Part shown: piece after piece, positions 8,884 to 16,754 of the stretch
Layout: each line of letters begins with the position of its first letter
Numbering within the stretch: position 1 is the stretch's first letter
Assembly (NCBI RefSeq): GCF_000091665.1
Contig: NC_000909.1
Coordinates: 1-32,000 of the forward strand
Direction: 5' to 3'
Length of the DNA: 32,000 bases
Source: Methanocaldococcus jannaschii DSM 2661
GTDB lineage: Archaea; AGJL01; Methanococci; Methanococcales; Methanocaldococcaceae
Notes under the pieces: model-generated
What the model was told of the DNA's origin: nothing
The model's database searches: none
Seen by the model: only the letters and a program-made list of their open reading frames with translations
Made by a program: the position numbers and the translations under genes

Positions 8884-10005
8884 ATGATGAAATTAAAGGC
8901 AATTGAAAAGTTGATGCAAAAATTCGCCAGTAGAAAAGAACAGCTATATAAGCAAAAAGAAGAAGGTAGAAAAGTTTTTGGAATGTTCTGTGCCTATGTT
9001 CCAATAGAAATAATTTTAGCAGCAAATGCAATCCCAGTTGGTTTGTGTGGAGGTAAAAATGACACAATCCCAATAGCAGAGGAGGATTTGCCAAGAAACC
9101 TATGCCCATTAATAAAATCATCCTATGGTTTTAAGAAGGCAAAAACCTGCCCTTACTTTGAAGCATCTGATATAGTTATTGGAGAAACTACCTGTGAAGG
9201 AAAGAAGAAGATGTTTGAGTTGATGGAGAGATTGGTGCCAATGCATATAATGCACCTCCCACACATGAAAGATGAAGATTCTTTGAAAATCTGGATTAAA
9301 GAAGTTGAAAAGCTAAAAGAATTGGTTGAGAAAGAGACTGGAAATAAAATAACAGAGGAAAAGTTAAAAGAGACAGTTGATAAAGTAAATAAAGTTAGGG
9401 AGTTGTTTTATAAACTCTATGAATTGAGGAAGAATAAACCAGCTCCAATTAAGGGTTTAGATGTTTTAAAATTATTCCAGTTTGCCTATTTATTGGATAT
9501 TGATGACACAATAGGGATTTTAGAGGATTTAATTGAGGAGTTAGAGGAGAGAGTTAAAAAAGGAGAAGGTTATGAAGGAAAGAGAATTTTAATAACTGGC
9601 TGTCCAATGGTTGCTGGAAACAATAAGATTGTTGAAATTATTGAGGAAGTTGGAGGAGTAGTTGTTGGTGAAGAAAGCTGCACTGGAACAAGATTCTTTG
9701 AAAACTTTGTTGAGGGCTATAGCGTAGAGGACATTGCAAAAAGATACTTTAAAATCCCATGTGCTTGTAGATTTAAAAACGATGAGAGAGTTGAAAATAT
9801 AAAGAGATTGGTTAAAGAGTTGGACGTCGATGGAGTTGTTTATTACACTTTGCAGTATTGCCATACATTTAACATAGAGGGAGCTAAGGTAGAGGAGGCA
9901 TTAAAAGAGGAGGGCATTCCAATTATAAGAATTGAAACTGACTATTCTGAAAGTGATAGAGAGCAGTTAAAAACAAGGTTGGAGGCATTTATTGAGATGA
10001 TTTAA
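8884..10005 (+). CDS. 2-hydroxyacyl-CoA dehydratase D-component / BcrC-BadD / double-cubane-cluster-protein family Fe-S protein
   Basis: 373 aa with family-typical organisation and many conserved-looking cysteines (FCAYVP, GLCGG, NLCPLI, TTCEGKK, TGCPMV, ESCTGT, QYCHTF). An RBS ggtga precedes the ATG. Confidence 0.85.
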
Positions 10006-10027
10006 ATTCTTTCTTTTTACTTTTAGT

Positions 10028-10044
10028 TATTAGATTTTCTAATA
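10028..10044. promoter_or_regulatory. Palindromic operator-like site TATTAGA-TTT-TCTAATA (copy 4 of 4)
   Basis: Identical to copy 2. It lies immediately upstream of a TATA-like 'cttttatatat' (10049-10059) and 30 nt upstream of the 10075 ORF start. Confidence 0.55.
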
Positions 10045-10074
10045 TATACTTTTATATATCTTAATTTCCTATTA

Positions 10075-10737
10075 ATGTTTTGTGGGAGTATGATAGCTAT
10101 ATGCATGCGTTCCAAGGAGGGGTTTCTTTTTAACAACAAGTTGATGGATTGGGGATTGCATTACAACCCAAAGATAGTAAAAGACAACAACATTATTGGT
10201 TATCATGCTCCAATTTTGGATTTGGATAAAAAAGAGAGCATTATTATTTTAAAAAACATAATTGAAAACATTAAGGGTAGGGATTATCTAACAATCCACT
10301 TGCACAATGGAAAATATGGGAAAATTAACAAAGAGACATTAATTGAAAATTTATCGATTGTTAATGAATTTGCAGAGAAAAATGGAATAAAATTATGCAT
10401 AGAGAATTTAAGGAAAGGATTTTCATCGAATCCGAATAATATAATTGAGATAGCCGATGAAATTAACTGTTATATAACGTTTGATGTTGGGCATATTCCT
10501 TATAATAGAAGGTTGGAGTTCTTAGAAATCTGCTCAGATAGAGTTTATAACTCTCACGTTTATGAGATTGAAGTTGATGGAAAGCACCTACCACCCAAAA
10601 ATCTCAACAATTTAAAGCCGATATTGGATAGGCTCTTAGACATTAAATGTAAAATGTTTTTGATTGAATTGATGGATATTAAAGAGGTTTTAAGAACTGA
10701 GAGAATGTTAAAAGATTATTTAGAGATGTATAGGTGA
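10075..10737 (+). CDS. Xylose-isomerase-like TIM-barrel protein (sugar-phosphate isomerase/epimerase or AP-endonuclease-2 fold)
   Basis: 220-aa ORF with the pattern 'LTIHLH ... LCIENL ... FDVGH' typical of this fold. The start is uncertain. In-frame ATGs at 10090, 10105 and 10144 fit better with the TATA at about 10050. Confidence 0.7.
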   Translation: MFCGSMIAICMRSKEGFLFNNKLMDWGLHYNPKIVKDNNIIGYHAPILDLDKKESIIILKNIIENIKGRDYLTIHLHNGKYGKINKETLIENLSIVNEFAEKNGIKLCIENLRKGFSSNPNNIIEIADEINCYITFDVGHIPYNRRLEFLEICSDRVYNSHVYEIEVDGKHLPPKNLNNLKPILDRLLDIKCKMFLIELMDIKEVLRTERMLKDYLEMYR

Positions 10738-10742
10738 AATAA

Positions 10743-11573
10743 ATGATATTTAATGAAAATACTCCAAATTTTATTGATTTTAAGGAATCCTTTAAAGAAC
10801 TACCCCTATCTGATGAAACGTTTAAAATAATTGAAGAGAATGGAATAAAGCTGAGAGAAATTGCTATTGGAGAGTTTTCTGGGAGAGATAGCGTAGCGGC
10901 AATAATCAAAGCCATCGAAGAAGGGATAGATTTTGTTCTGCCGGTTGTTGCATTTACTGGGACTGACTATGGAAACATAAATATATTTTACAAAAACTGG
11001 GAGATTGTCAATAAAAGAATCAAAGAAATTGATAAGGATAAAATTTTACTGCCATTGCATTTTATGTTTGAGCCAAAACTCTGGAATGCATTAAATGGGA
11101 GATGGGTGGTTTTATCTTTTAAAAGATATGGTTATTACCGTCCATGCATTGGATGCCACGCATATTTAAGAATAATTAGGATTCCTCTGGCAAAGCACTT
11201 AGGAGGAAAGATAATTAGTGGAGAGAGACTTTATCACAATGGAGATTTCAAAATTGACCAAATAGAGGAGGTTTTAAATGTCTATAGCAAAATCTGCAGA
11301 GATTTTGATGTTGAGTTAATTCTACCTATAAGATACATAAGAGAGGGAAAGAAAATCAAAGAAATCATAGGAGAAGAATGGGAGCAAGGGGAGAAGCAAT
11401 TTTCATGTGTATTTAGTGGAAACTATAGAGATAAAGATGGAAAGGTAATTTTTGATAAGGAAGGGATTTTAAAGATGTTAAATGAATTTATCTACCCTGC
11501 TTCAGTTGAGATTTTAAAAGAAGGCTACAAAGGAAACTTTAACTATTTAAATATCGTTAAAAAGCTTATTTAG
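10743..11573 (+). CDS. Uncharacterised protein with a PP-loop-like (adenine nucleotide alpha-hydrolase-like) N-terminus
   Basis: 276 aa. 'FSGRDSVAA' resembles the SGGxDS PP-loop, and 'PCIGCHAYLRI' is a CxxCH motif. It starts 5 nt after the previous stop. Confidence 0.65.
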   Translation: MIFNENTPNFIDFKESFKELPLSDETFKIIEENGIKLREIAIGEFSGRDSVAAIIKAIEEGIDFVLPVVAFTGTDYGNINIFYKNWEIVNKRIKEIDKDKILLPLHFMFEPKLWNALNGRWVVLSFKRYGYYRPCIGCHAYLRIIRIPLAKHLGGKIISGERLYHNGDFKIDQIEEVLNVYSKICRDFDVELILPIRYIREGKKIKEIIGEEWEQGEKQFSCVFSGNYRDKDGKVIFDKEGILKMLNEFIYPASVEILKEGYKGNFNYLNIVKKLI

Positions 11574-11580
11574 TGAGAGA

Positions 11581-12867
11581 ATGAGGGCTATTTTAATTCT
11601 ATTGGATGGTTTGGGAGATAGAGCATCCGAAATTTTGAATAACAAAACTCCTCTACAATTTGCAAAGACTCCAAATTTAGATAGATTAGCTGAAAACGGC
11701 ATGTGTGGCTTAATGACTACGTATAAAGAAGGCATCCCTTTAGGGACAGAAGTAGCTCATTTTCTACTTTGGGGCTACTCCTTAGAAGAATTTCCAGGGA
11801 GAGGAGTTATTGAAGCTTTAGGGGAGGATATAGAGATAGAGAAAAATGCCATTTATCTGAGGGCATCTTTAGGCTTTGTTAAAAAGGATGAGAAGGGATT
11901 TTTAGTTATAGACAGAAGAACAAAAGATATAAGCAGAGAAGAGATTGAGAAGTTGGTTGATTCCCTCCCTACATGCGTAGATGGATATAAGTTTGAGCTT
12001 TTCTATTCTTTTGACGTCCATTTTATATTAAAAATTAAAGAAAGAAATGGATGGATTTCAGATAAAATCTCAGATTCTGACCCATTTTATAAAAATAGGT
12101 ATGTTATGAAAGTTAAAGCAATAAGAGAGCTTTGTAAAAGTGAGGTAGAGTATAGCAAGGCAAAAGACACTGCAAGGGCGTTAAATAAATATCTTTTAAA
12201 CGTCTATAAAATTCTACAAAACCATAAGATAAATAGAAAGAGAAGGAAGTTGGAGAAGATGCCAGCAAACTTTTTATTGACAAAATGGGCATCAAGATAT
12301 AAGAGGGTAGAGAGCTTTAAAGAGAAATGGGGAATGAATGCTGTTATTTTAGCAGAAAGCTCACTATTCAAAGGATTAGCTAAATTCTTAGGTATGGATT
12401 TTATAAAAATTGAGAGCTTTGAGGAAGGGATAGACTTAATTCCAGAGTTGGATTATGATTTCATCCATCTGCATACAAAAGAAACAGATGAAGCAGCTCA
12501 CACTAAAAATCCATTAAATAAGGTTAAAGTCATTGAAAAGATTGATAAGCTTATAGGAAATTTAAAGCTTAGGGAGGATGATTTACTGATAATAACTGCA
12601 GACCATTCAACTCCCTCTGTAGGGAATTTAATCCATTCTGGAGAAAGTGTGCCAATCTTATTTTACGGCAAAAATGTTAGAGTTGATAATGTTAAAGAAT
12701 TTAATGAAATAAGTTGTTCAAATGGGCATTTAAGAATAAGAGGGGAGGAATTGATGCATTTAATTTTAAACTATACGGATAGGGCTTTACTGTATGGTTT
12801 AAGGTCTGGAGATAGGTTGAGGTATTATATTCCAAAGGATGATGAAATAGATTTATTAGAGGGATAA
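11581..12867 (+). CDS. Alkaline-phosphatase-superfamily metalloenzyme, archaeal cofactor-independent phosphoglycerate mutase (ApgM) paralogue
   Basis: 428 aa. Family motifs are 'ILILLDGLGDR', 'HTKETDEAAH' and 'ITADHSTP'. It starts 7 nt after the previous stop. Confidence 0.85.
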   Translation: MRAILILLDGLGDRASEILNNKTPLQFAKTPNLDRLAENGMCGLMTTYKEGIPLGTEVAHFLLWGYSLEEFPGRGVIEALGEDIEIEKNAIYLRASLGFVKKDEKGFLVIDRRTKDISREEIEKLVDSLPTCVDGYKFELFYSFDVHFILKIKERNGWISDKISDSDPFYKNRYVMKVKAIRELCKSEVEYSKAKDTARALNKYLLNVYKILQNHKINRKRRKLEKMPANFLLTKWASRYKRVESFKEKWGMNAVILAESSLFKGLAKFLGMDFIKIESFEEGIDLIPELDYDFIHLHTKETDEAAHTKNPLNKVKVIEKIDKLIGNLKLREDDLLIITADHSTPSVGNLIHSGESVPILFYGKNVRVDNVKEFNEISCSNGHLRIRGEELMHLILNYTDRALLYGLRSGDRLRYYIPKDDEIDLLEG

Positions 12868-12868
12868 C

Positions 12869-13462
12869 TTGATAGGAAAATTAAAGAATCTTTTTAAATT
12901 AGGAAAAGGGAAAAAAGAAGAAAAAGCTAAAAAGAGTTTAGAAGGAAAAGGATTAATTATATTTGAAAACACAAAAGACGCAATGAGAGCAGAGAGCATT
13001 TTAAAAGACAAATATAAAATTAAGGTTGTTGCTCCCCCTCCAGAAATTAGAGAGGGCTGTGATTTGGCAATAGAGTATGAATTAATAGATGAATTTGGAA
13101 TTAAAAGAGAATTAGAAAGTAATGATATAAAGCCGTTGAAGTTTATCTCTCTAAATGATTATTCTTTAAAACCTCTTGAATTAATAAAAGTTAAAGAGGT
13201 AGATGGCTTTATATTGGTCAGATGTGGAAATATGAAAATAACTATTGATAAAGAGGGAAATATAGTCAATATCTCTGGTGGAGGATGTCCAGATGTACCT
13301 TATTTAGCATTAAAATTAAAAGGAAGGAATATTAAAGATATTAAAGAGGAAGAAACACCAAAGAATTTGGGATTTACATTGTGTGCTTATATATTAAATA
13401 AGGGGTCTTCCCAACGTGGTCATTCATGGACAATTATAGATTTTGAGGTACTTTCCATTTAA
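12869..13462 (+). CDS. DUF3343-like (putative S/Se carrier-like) domain protein with an extra C-terminal domain; the last ~20 codons probably read into IS sequence
   Basis: 197-aa ORF with a TTG start 1 nt after the previous stop. 'LIIFENTKDAMRAESILKD...VVAPPPEIREGCDLAIEY' matches the small DUF3343 fold pattern. From about 13400 the sequence changes to GC-richer, structured, IS-type sequence. Confidence 0.7.
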   Translation: MIGKLKNLFKLGKGKKEEKAKKSLEGKGLIIFENTKDAMRAESILKDKYKIKVVAPPPEIREGCDLAIEYELIDEFGIKRELESNDIKPLKFISLNDYSLKPLELIKVKEVDGFILVRCGNMKITIDKEGNIVNISGGGCPDVPYLALKLKGRNIKDIKEEETPKNLGFTLCAYILNKGSSQRGHSWTIIDFEVLSI

Positions 13463-13640
13463 ATCAACTGTATAGACCATCAGAGGGAAATCAAAGATTT
13501 GAACAAAATCCTTCGGATTTTGTAGCTCGAACCTTCGGTTCGATTTCCTTACTGGAAGCTTCGCTTCCACGTTGGGATTGGGCTTCACCAGTCTCAACTC
13601 CCCTCTGGGTTCATTGGAGAGTAAATCATCGACCTCAGCC
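13400..13640 (-). ncRNA. Candidate omega-RNA (TnpB guide RNA scaffold) overlapping and extending past the tnpB 3' end
   Basis: This is a locally GC-enriched patch in an AT-rich genome. It has the hairpins aaaatcc-ttcg-ggatttt and cgaacc-ttcg-ggttcg. An 11-nt long-range inverted repeat (tcccaacgtgg at 13409-13419 against ccacgttggga at 13567-13577) is also present. Its position relative to tnpB matches known omega-RNAs. Confidence 0.4.
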
Positions 13641-14836
13641 CCAGCCACGGGAACTCCAACTCCGCCTAAGAGTTTTTTAGCTAATTCAACTCCTCTTTTA
13701 AAAATATTATAGCATCTGACAAACTGTCTATCAAAAATTCCACACTTATCGCATTTTACAACCTGCCCCTCTTGGGACTTCATTTTACTCCCACATACGG
13801 GGCAGGTTTTTGAAGTATAGTGAGGATTAACGTATAGGACAACACTCTTATACTCCAACTTTTTCGCTATTTTTCTCCAGTTAGTTCTATCCAAATTCCT
13901 ATTAAAATTCGAATTCTTATCATACATGTTGAATTTATCTAAATCTTCAAAGATGAAAATCGCATCTGGAAAGAGTTTAGACAACTGAGAAGTTAGCTTG
14001 TTAATAAAATCTTCGACTCGGTTTTTTCTCCTATTCCAGTATTTTTTCAATAATTTACCAATTCTCTTCGGAGCTTTTTTATAGATAGATTTTAGCTTAT
14101 CGGGTATGGTATCATAAACTCTCTTAATTCAATGTAATTCAGACAAATCTACTCTAATCCAGCCCTCTTCTGGATGATACAAATCTAACGACTTTAGATT
14201 ACTATCAACACCAATAACAACCTTTTTATCTAATAAATTTAACGGTTTTTTAAAGGTTATTAATGCCTCGTTATTCTTTAAAATAACTTCTCCAATGTTA
14301 AAATTTTTTAACTCTTTCGAAAAACCACTCATCTTTAATGTTTAAAATTAAATACTCTTTCTCGGTTTTATTGTAATTCTTATAATCCCATTCTTTCTAT
14401 CGTATTTCATCAAGGTAGTTTTAACTCTAACAAAAGGTCTTTTGAATATCGGTTTATTTTTCTTTCTATTAACGTTTAAATAGTTTGATTTCCAACTCTC
14501 TATTGCTGAATAAGCTGTCTTAATAGCTCCATCGACATAGTGAGAGGCAAACTCCCAGCCCTCTAATAAACGATTTCTCAACTCTCTTTTGAAATCATTG
14601 TCCTTTGGAATTTTAGGGATTAGTCGAGTAGTTGTGTAATATTTGTATTTCTTCTTTCCTATTTTGTATCGATGTTTAACTACCTTTTCCTTCCAGTTGA
14701 TGTTTTCCCAAATAATATCGATAGCTCTTTGAGAGATTTTTATAAACTCATCAGGTAAGTTTTTTAAATCGTGGTTGTGTTTAACCTTATAAGTCAATAC
14801 AATTTCGGTTGGGAGTTTATTCTTTTTCTTTGGCAT
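13424..14836 (-). pseudogene. tnpB: tnpB (OrfB/RNA-guided nuclease family) interrupted by three in-frame stop codons and no frameshifts
   Basis: The three track ORFs (14348-14836, 14129-14332, 13424-14050) are all in one frame. Stops are TAA at 14348-14350, TAA at 14342-14344 and TGA at 14129-14131. Motifs are RuvC-I 'VIGVDSN', RuvC-II 'IFIFEDLD', Zn finger 'CPVCGSKM...CDKCG' and a RuvC-III region 'FDRQFVRCYNI'. Confidence 0.8.
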
Positions 14837-15458
14837 CCTCCTCCCTTACGATTTCTTTAACTGTTTTTGTAAGCTTTTTATACTTATGAGAATGCATTCC
14901 GTAAAGTTTTCCAGCAAAGTGAGAAACGATTGTTATTAAGTCTTCTACTAACTCTTCCTGTGGTGTCTTATGCTTTTTATTTATGATTACAATTTCCGTT
15001 CCGTAAGATTTAAAGAATTCCTTTAACGTTTCAAAGCCAAATCTCGTTAATCTATCTGGATAGGCAATTATTACCTTCTCAACCTTTCGATTCATAACCA
15101 TTTTTAAAAGTTTTTTGTAATTTTTCCTCTTTTCGTTTAAACCGCTACCAATATCTTTCAGTATTTGTATATCCCAACCGTTTTCCTCTGCATAGGATTT
15201 TATTAGTTGTATTTGCCTCTCTAAATCATCTTTTTGCGCGTTAAATGAAACTCTTGCATAGCCGATAATTTTTCTTTGTTCTTTATCCTTAATTCCTAAG
15301 ATTCGTTTTATCTCACTTTCTGGAACTCTTCTTTTTCCTCCTAAGGTTCTGATACATTTAATCTTCCCTGCTTTATCCCATCGTTGCAACGTTTTAATCG
15401 AAACTCCCAAGATTTTCGATGCCTCTTTTAAAGTATAATGTCGCTCCATAATCATCAA
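14817..15458 (-). CDS. tnpA: IS607-type TnpA: serine recombinase with an N-terminal MerR-like HTH
   Basis: The HTH is '[26 protein letters not shown]', followed by the resolvase catalytic region '[18 protein letters not shown]'. Confidence 0.9.
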
Positions 15459-15497
15459 TGCCTATATTTGTCTATCTAATATATAACAGTTTCGGAA

Positions 15498-15614
15498 GGG
15501 TATGATTTAGTTGATGCGATTAAATTGGCAAATAAGGCAAGTTCAATTGTTGTTGGAAAGGTTGGGACTGCAACAGTTAGTTTGGATGGATTGTTTGGTG
15601 ATGATGTTGAATAA
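15498..15614 (+). pseudogene. 3'-terminal fragment of a PfkB/RfaE-type sugar kinase gene
   Basis: Hand translation gives GYDLVDAIKLANKASSIVVGKVGTATVSLDGLFGDDVE*, a typical ribokinase-family C-terminus. The gene is cut off upstream by the IS607-type element. Confidence 0.5.
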
Positions 15615-15807
15615 GGCAATTTTTTTAGATAGGGATGGAGTTATTAATAAACGACTAATTGGAGACTATGTTAAAAAAATAGAGGAATTTGAATTACTGC
15701 CTAACGTTAGAGAGGCATTAATTGAATTTAAAAAGATGGGTTATTTGTTGATAGTTGTAACCAATCAGCAGGGTTCGAAACAGTTTTTAATTTTCTATAA
15801 CTTATAG
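15601..15807 (+). pseudogene. 5' fragment of D,D-heptose-1,7-bisphosphate phosphatase-like HAD hydrolase (gmhB-like)
   Basis: HAD motif I 'AIFLDRDGVIN' and motif II 'LIVVTNQQG' are present. Similarity then stops at about 15778, so only about 60 of the expected ~180 residues remain. The track ORF's first 30 codons (15511-15600) are the kinase gene read out of frame. Confidence 0.6.
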
Positions 15808-15862
15808 TAGCATATCATAATAAACAAACCGTAGTTCTCATTACACATTTAAATGTTTTTAT

Positions 15863-16636
15863 TCATTTATTGATTCTTTTATGTTGTATGTTGTAAGCGA
15901 TTGTGAAGAGTAAAAGCTTAGCACTTAAACCTTTCTTGCTTACAGCTCGGATGTGCCTTGGGAATGACTCTGCCAATTTGGATAAGTTTGTTTCGATTGC
16001 CTTTCTTAATTTATTCAGCTCTTTATATTTTTTAGCTTCTTCATTCGGTTTTATCATGTTTTTTCTTTTTATTGGGATGAAATAAACGCCTCCGAGTTTA
16101 AATAGATTTTGGAGACCTTTATCAATATAGCCCTTATCTCCGATTATTACACAGTTTTTGAAGTCCCTAATGATTTCTTTATAATTTTCCTCTAAAATAT
16201 CCTTATCGTGCTGATTTGCTGGATTTATAAACAGTAACATTAAATACTTCCCATCGGTAATGAAAGTTGCTTTATATCCAAAATACCAACATTTTTTCGA
16301 TGGATTGTAACCAATACTACTGTTTTTTTAATAAGCTTTGAAATTCCTATCCTCTCATGTCGAGTTTTCCTCACAAGCTCTTTTGTTTTAATTGGCATTG
16401 CATCGATGAACAACATTTTGGGAATCGGAGCGAAGCGAAGAGCAACGAAATCACAAAGTGATTTCGTCTAATAATTGTAAATATTCAATTAAAAACTCAT
16501 ATCCACATTTATACACTCCTGCAAAATATATCATGCATAAAACCGAAAAGATTATTAAGTCGATTAGAGAGATTATCTCTCTAAGGATATAGGGTGATTT
16601 ATACTTTGCAACTATCGGATAAAACTTAGCTCGCAT
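15863..16636 (-). pseudogene. Decayed DDE transposase (IS4/IS5-superfamily, IS982/IS5-like)
   Basis: The C-terminal fragment carries 'IIGDKGY' and 'RKAIETNLSKLAESFPRH'. Hand translation upstream gives 'GYNPSKKCWYFGYKATFITDGKYL' in the same frame, after a stop next to an A7 run (about 16323-16330). 'MLFIDAMPIKTKELVRKTRHERIG' is in another frame, and an N-terminal fragment at 16451-16636 is in yet another. Confidence 0.6.
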
Positions 16637-16754
16637 AAGCTTTATTAAACGCTTAACTCTCGGAATTTTTGATTTTTTGATAACGCTATCACCTCCACTA
16701 TTTTTTATCGATATATTAAAGTTAAGAGTTTATATATTTATCTATTTGATGGGA

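Larger units (their letters stand above)
13400..15490 (-). mobile_element. IS200/IS605-superfamily element of IS607 type (serine-recombinase tnpA plus tnpB); boundaries approximate
   Basis: tnpA and tnpB overlap by 20 nt, the typical organisation. Host-gene remnants flank it on both sides. There are no terminal inverted repeats, as expected for this family. Confidence 0.7.

Noticed and set aside
13424-13620. The last ~60 residues of the 13424-14050 ORF (…EPRGELRLVKPNPNVEAKLPVRKSNRRFELQNPKDF…) as a genuine C-terminal protein domain.
   Set aside because: The region is a GC-rich, hairpin-dense patch typical of the RNA scaffold at the IS end. The open frame is more likely fortuitous read-through, because the gene is already a pseudogene.
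14129-14131. In-frame TGA in tnpB as a possible selenocysteine codon in a Sec-decoding organism.
   Set aside because: The same gene also carries two in-frame TAA stops. No SECIS-like GC hairpin of the fruA type is evident downstream of the gene. TnpB proteins have no known Sec position, so a nonsense mutation is the simpler explanation.
15511-15600. N-terminal 30 residues of the 15511-15807 track ORF (MMRLNWQIRQVQLLLERLGLQQLVWMDCLV).
   Set aside because: This stretch is the kinase gene's C-terminus read in the wrong frame. The HAD-phosphatase homology starts only at the ATG at 15601/15604.
16428-16438. An 11-mer, 'gagcgaagcga', is shared between the decayed transposase region (16428-16438) and the 5' end of the 25284 ORF (25315-25325). 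In both cases it lies next to a gaaatc…gatttc-type hairpin.
   Set aside because: A single 11-nt match between two places in 32 kb (both strands) is within chance expectation. The flanking sequences do not align.
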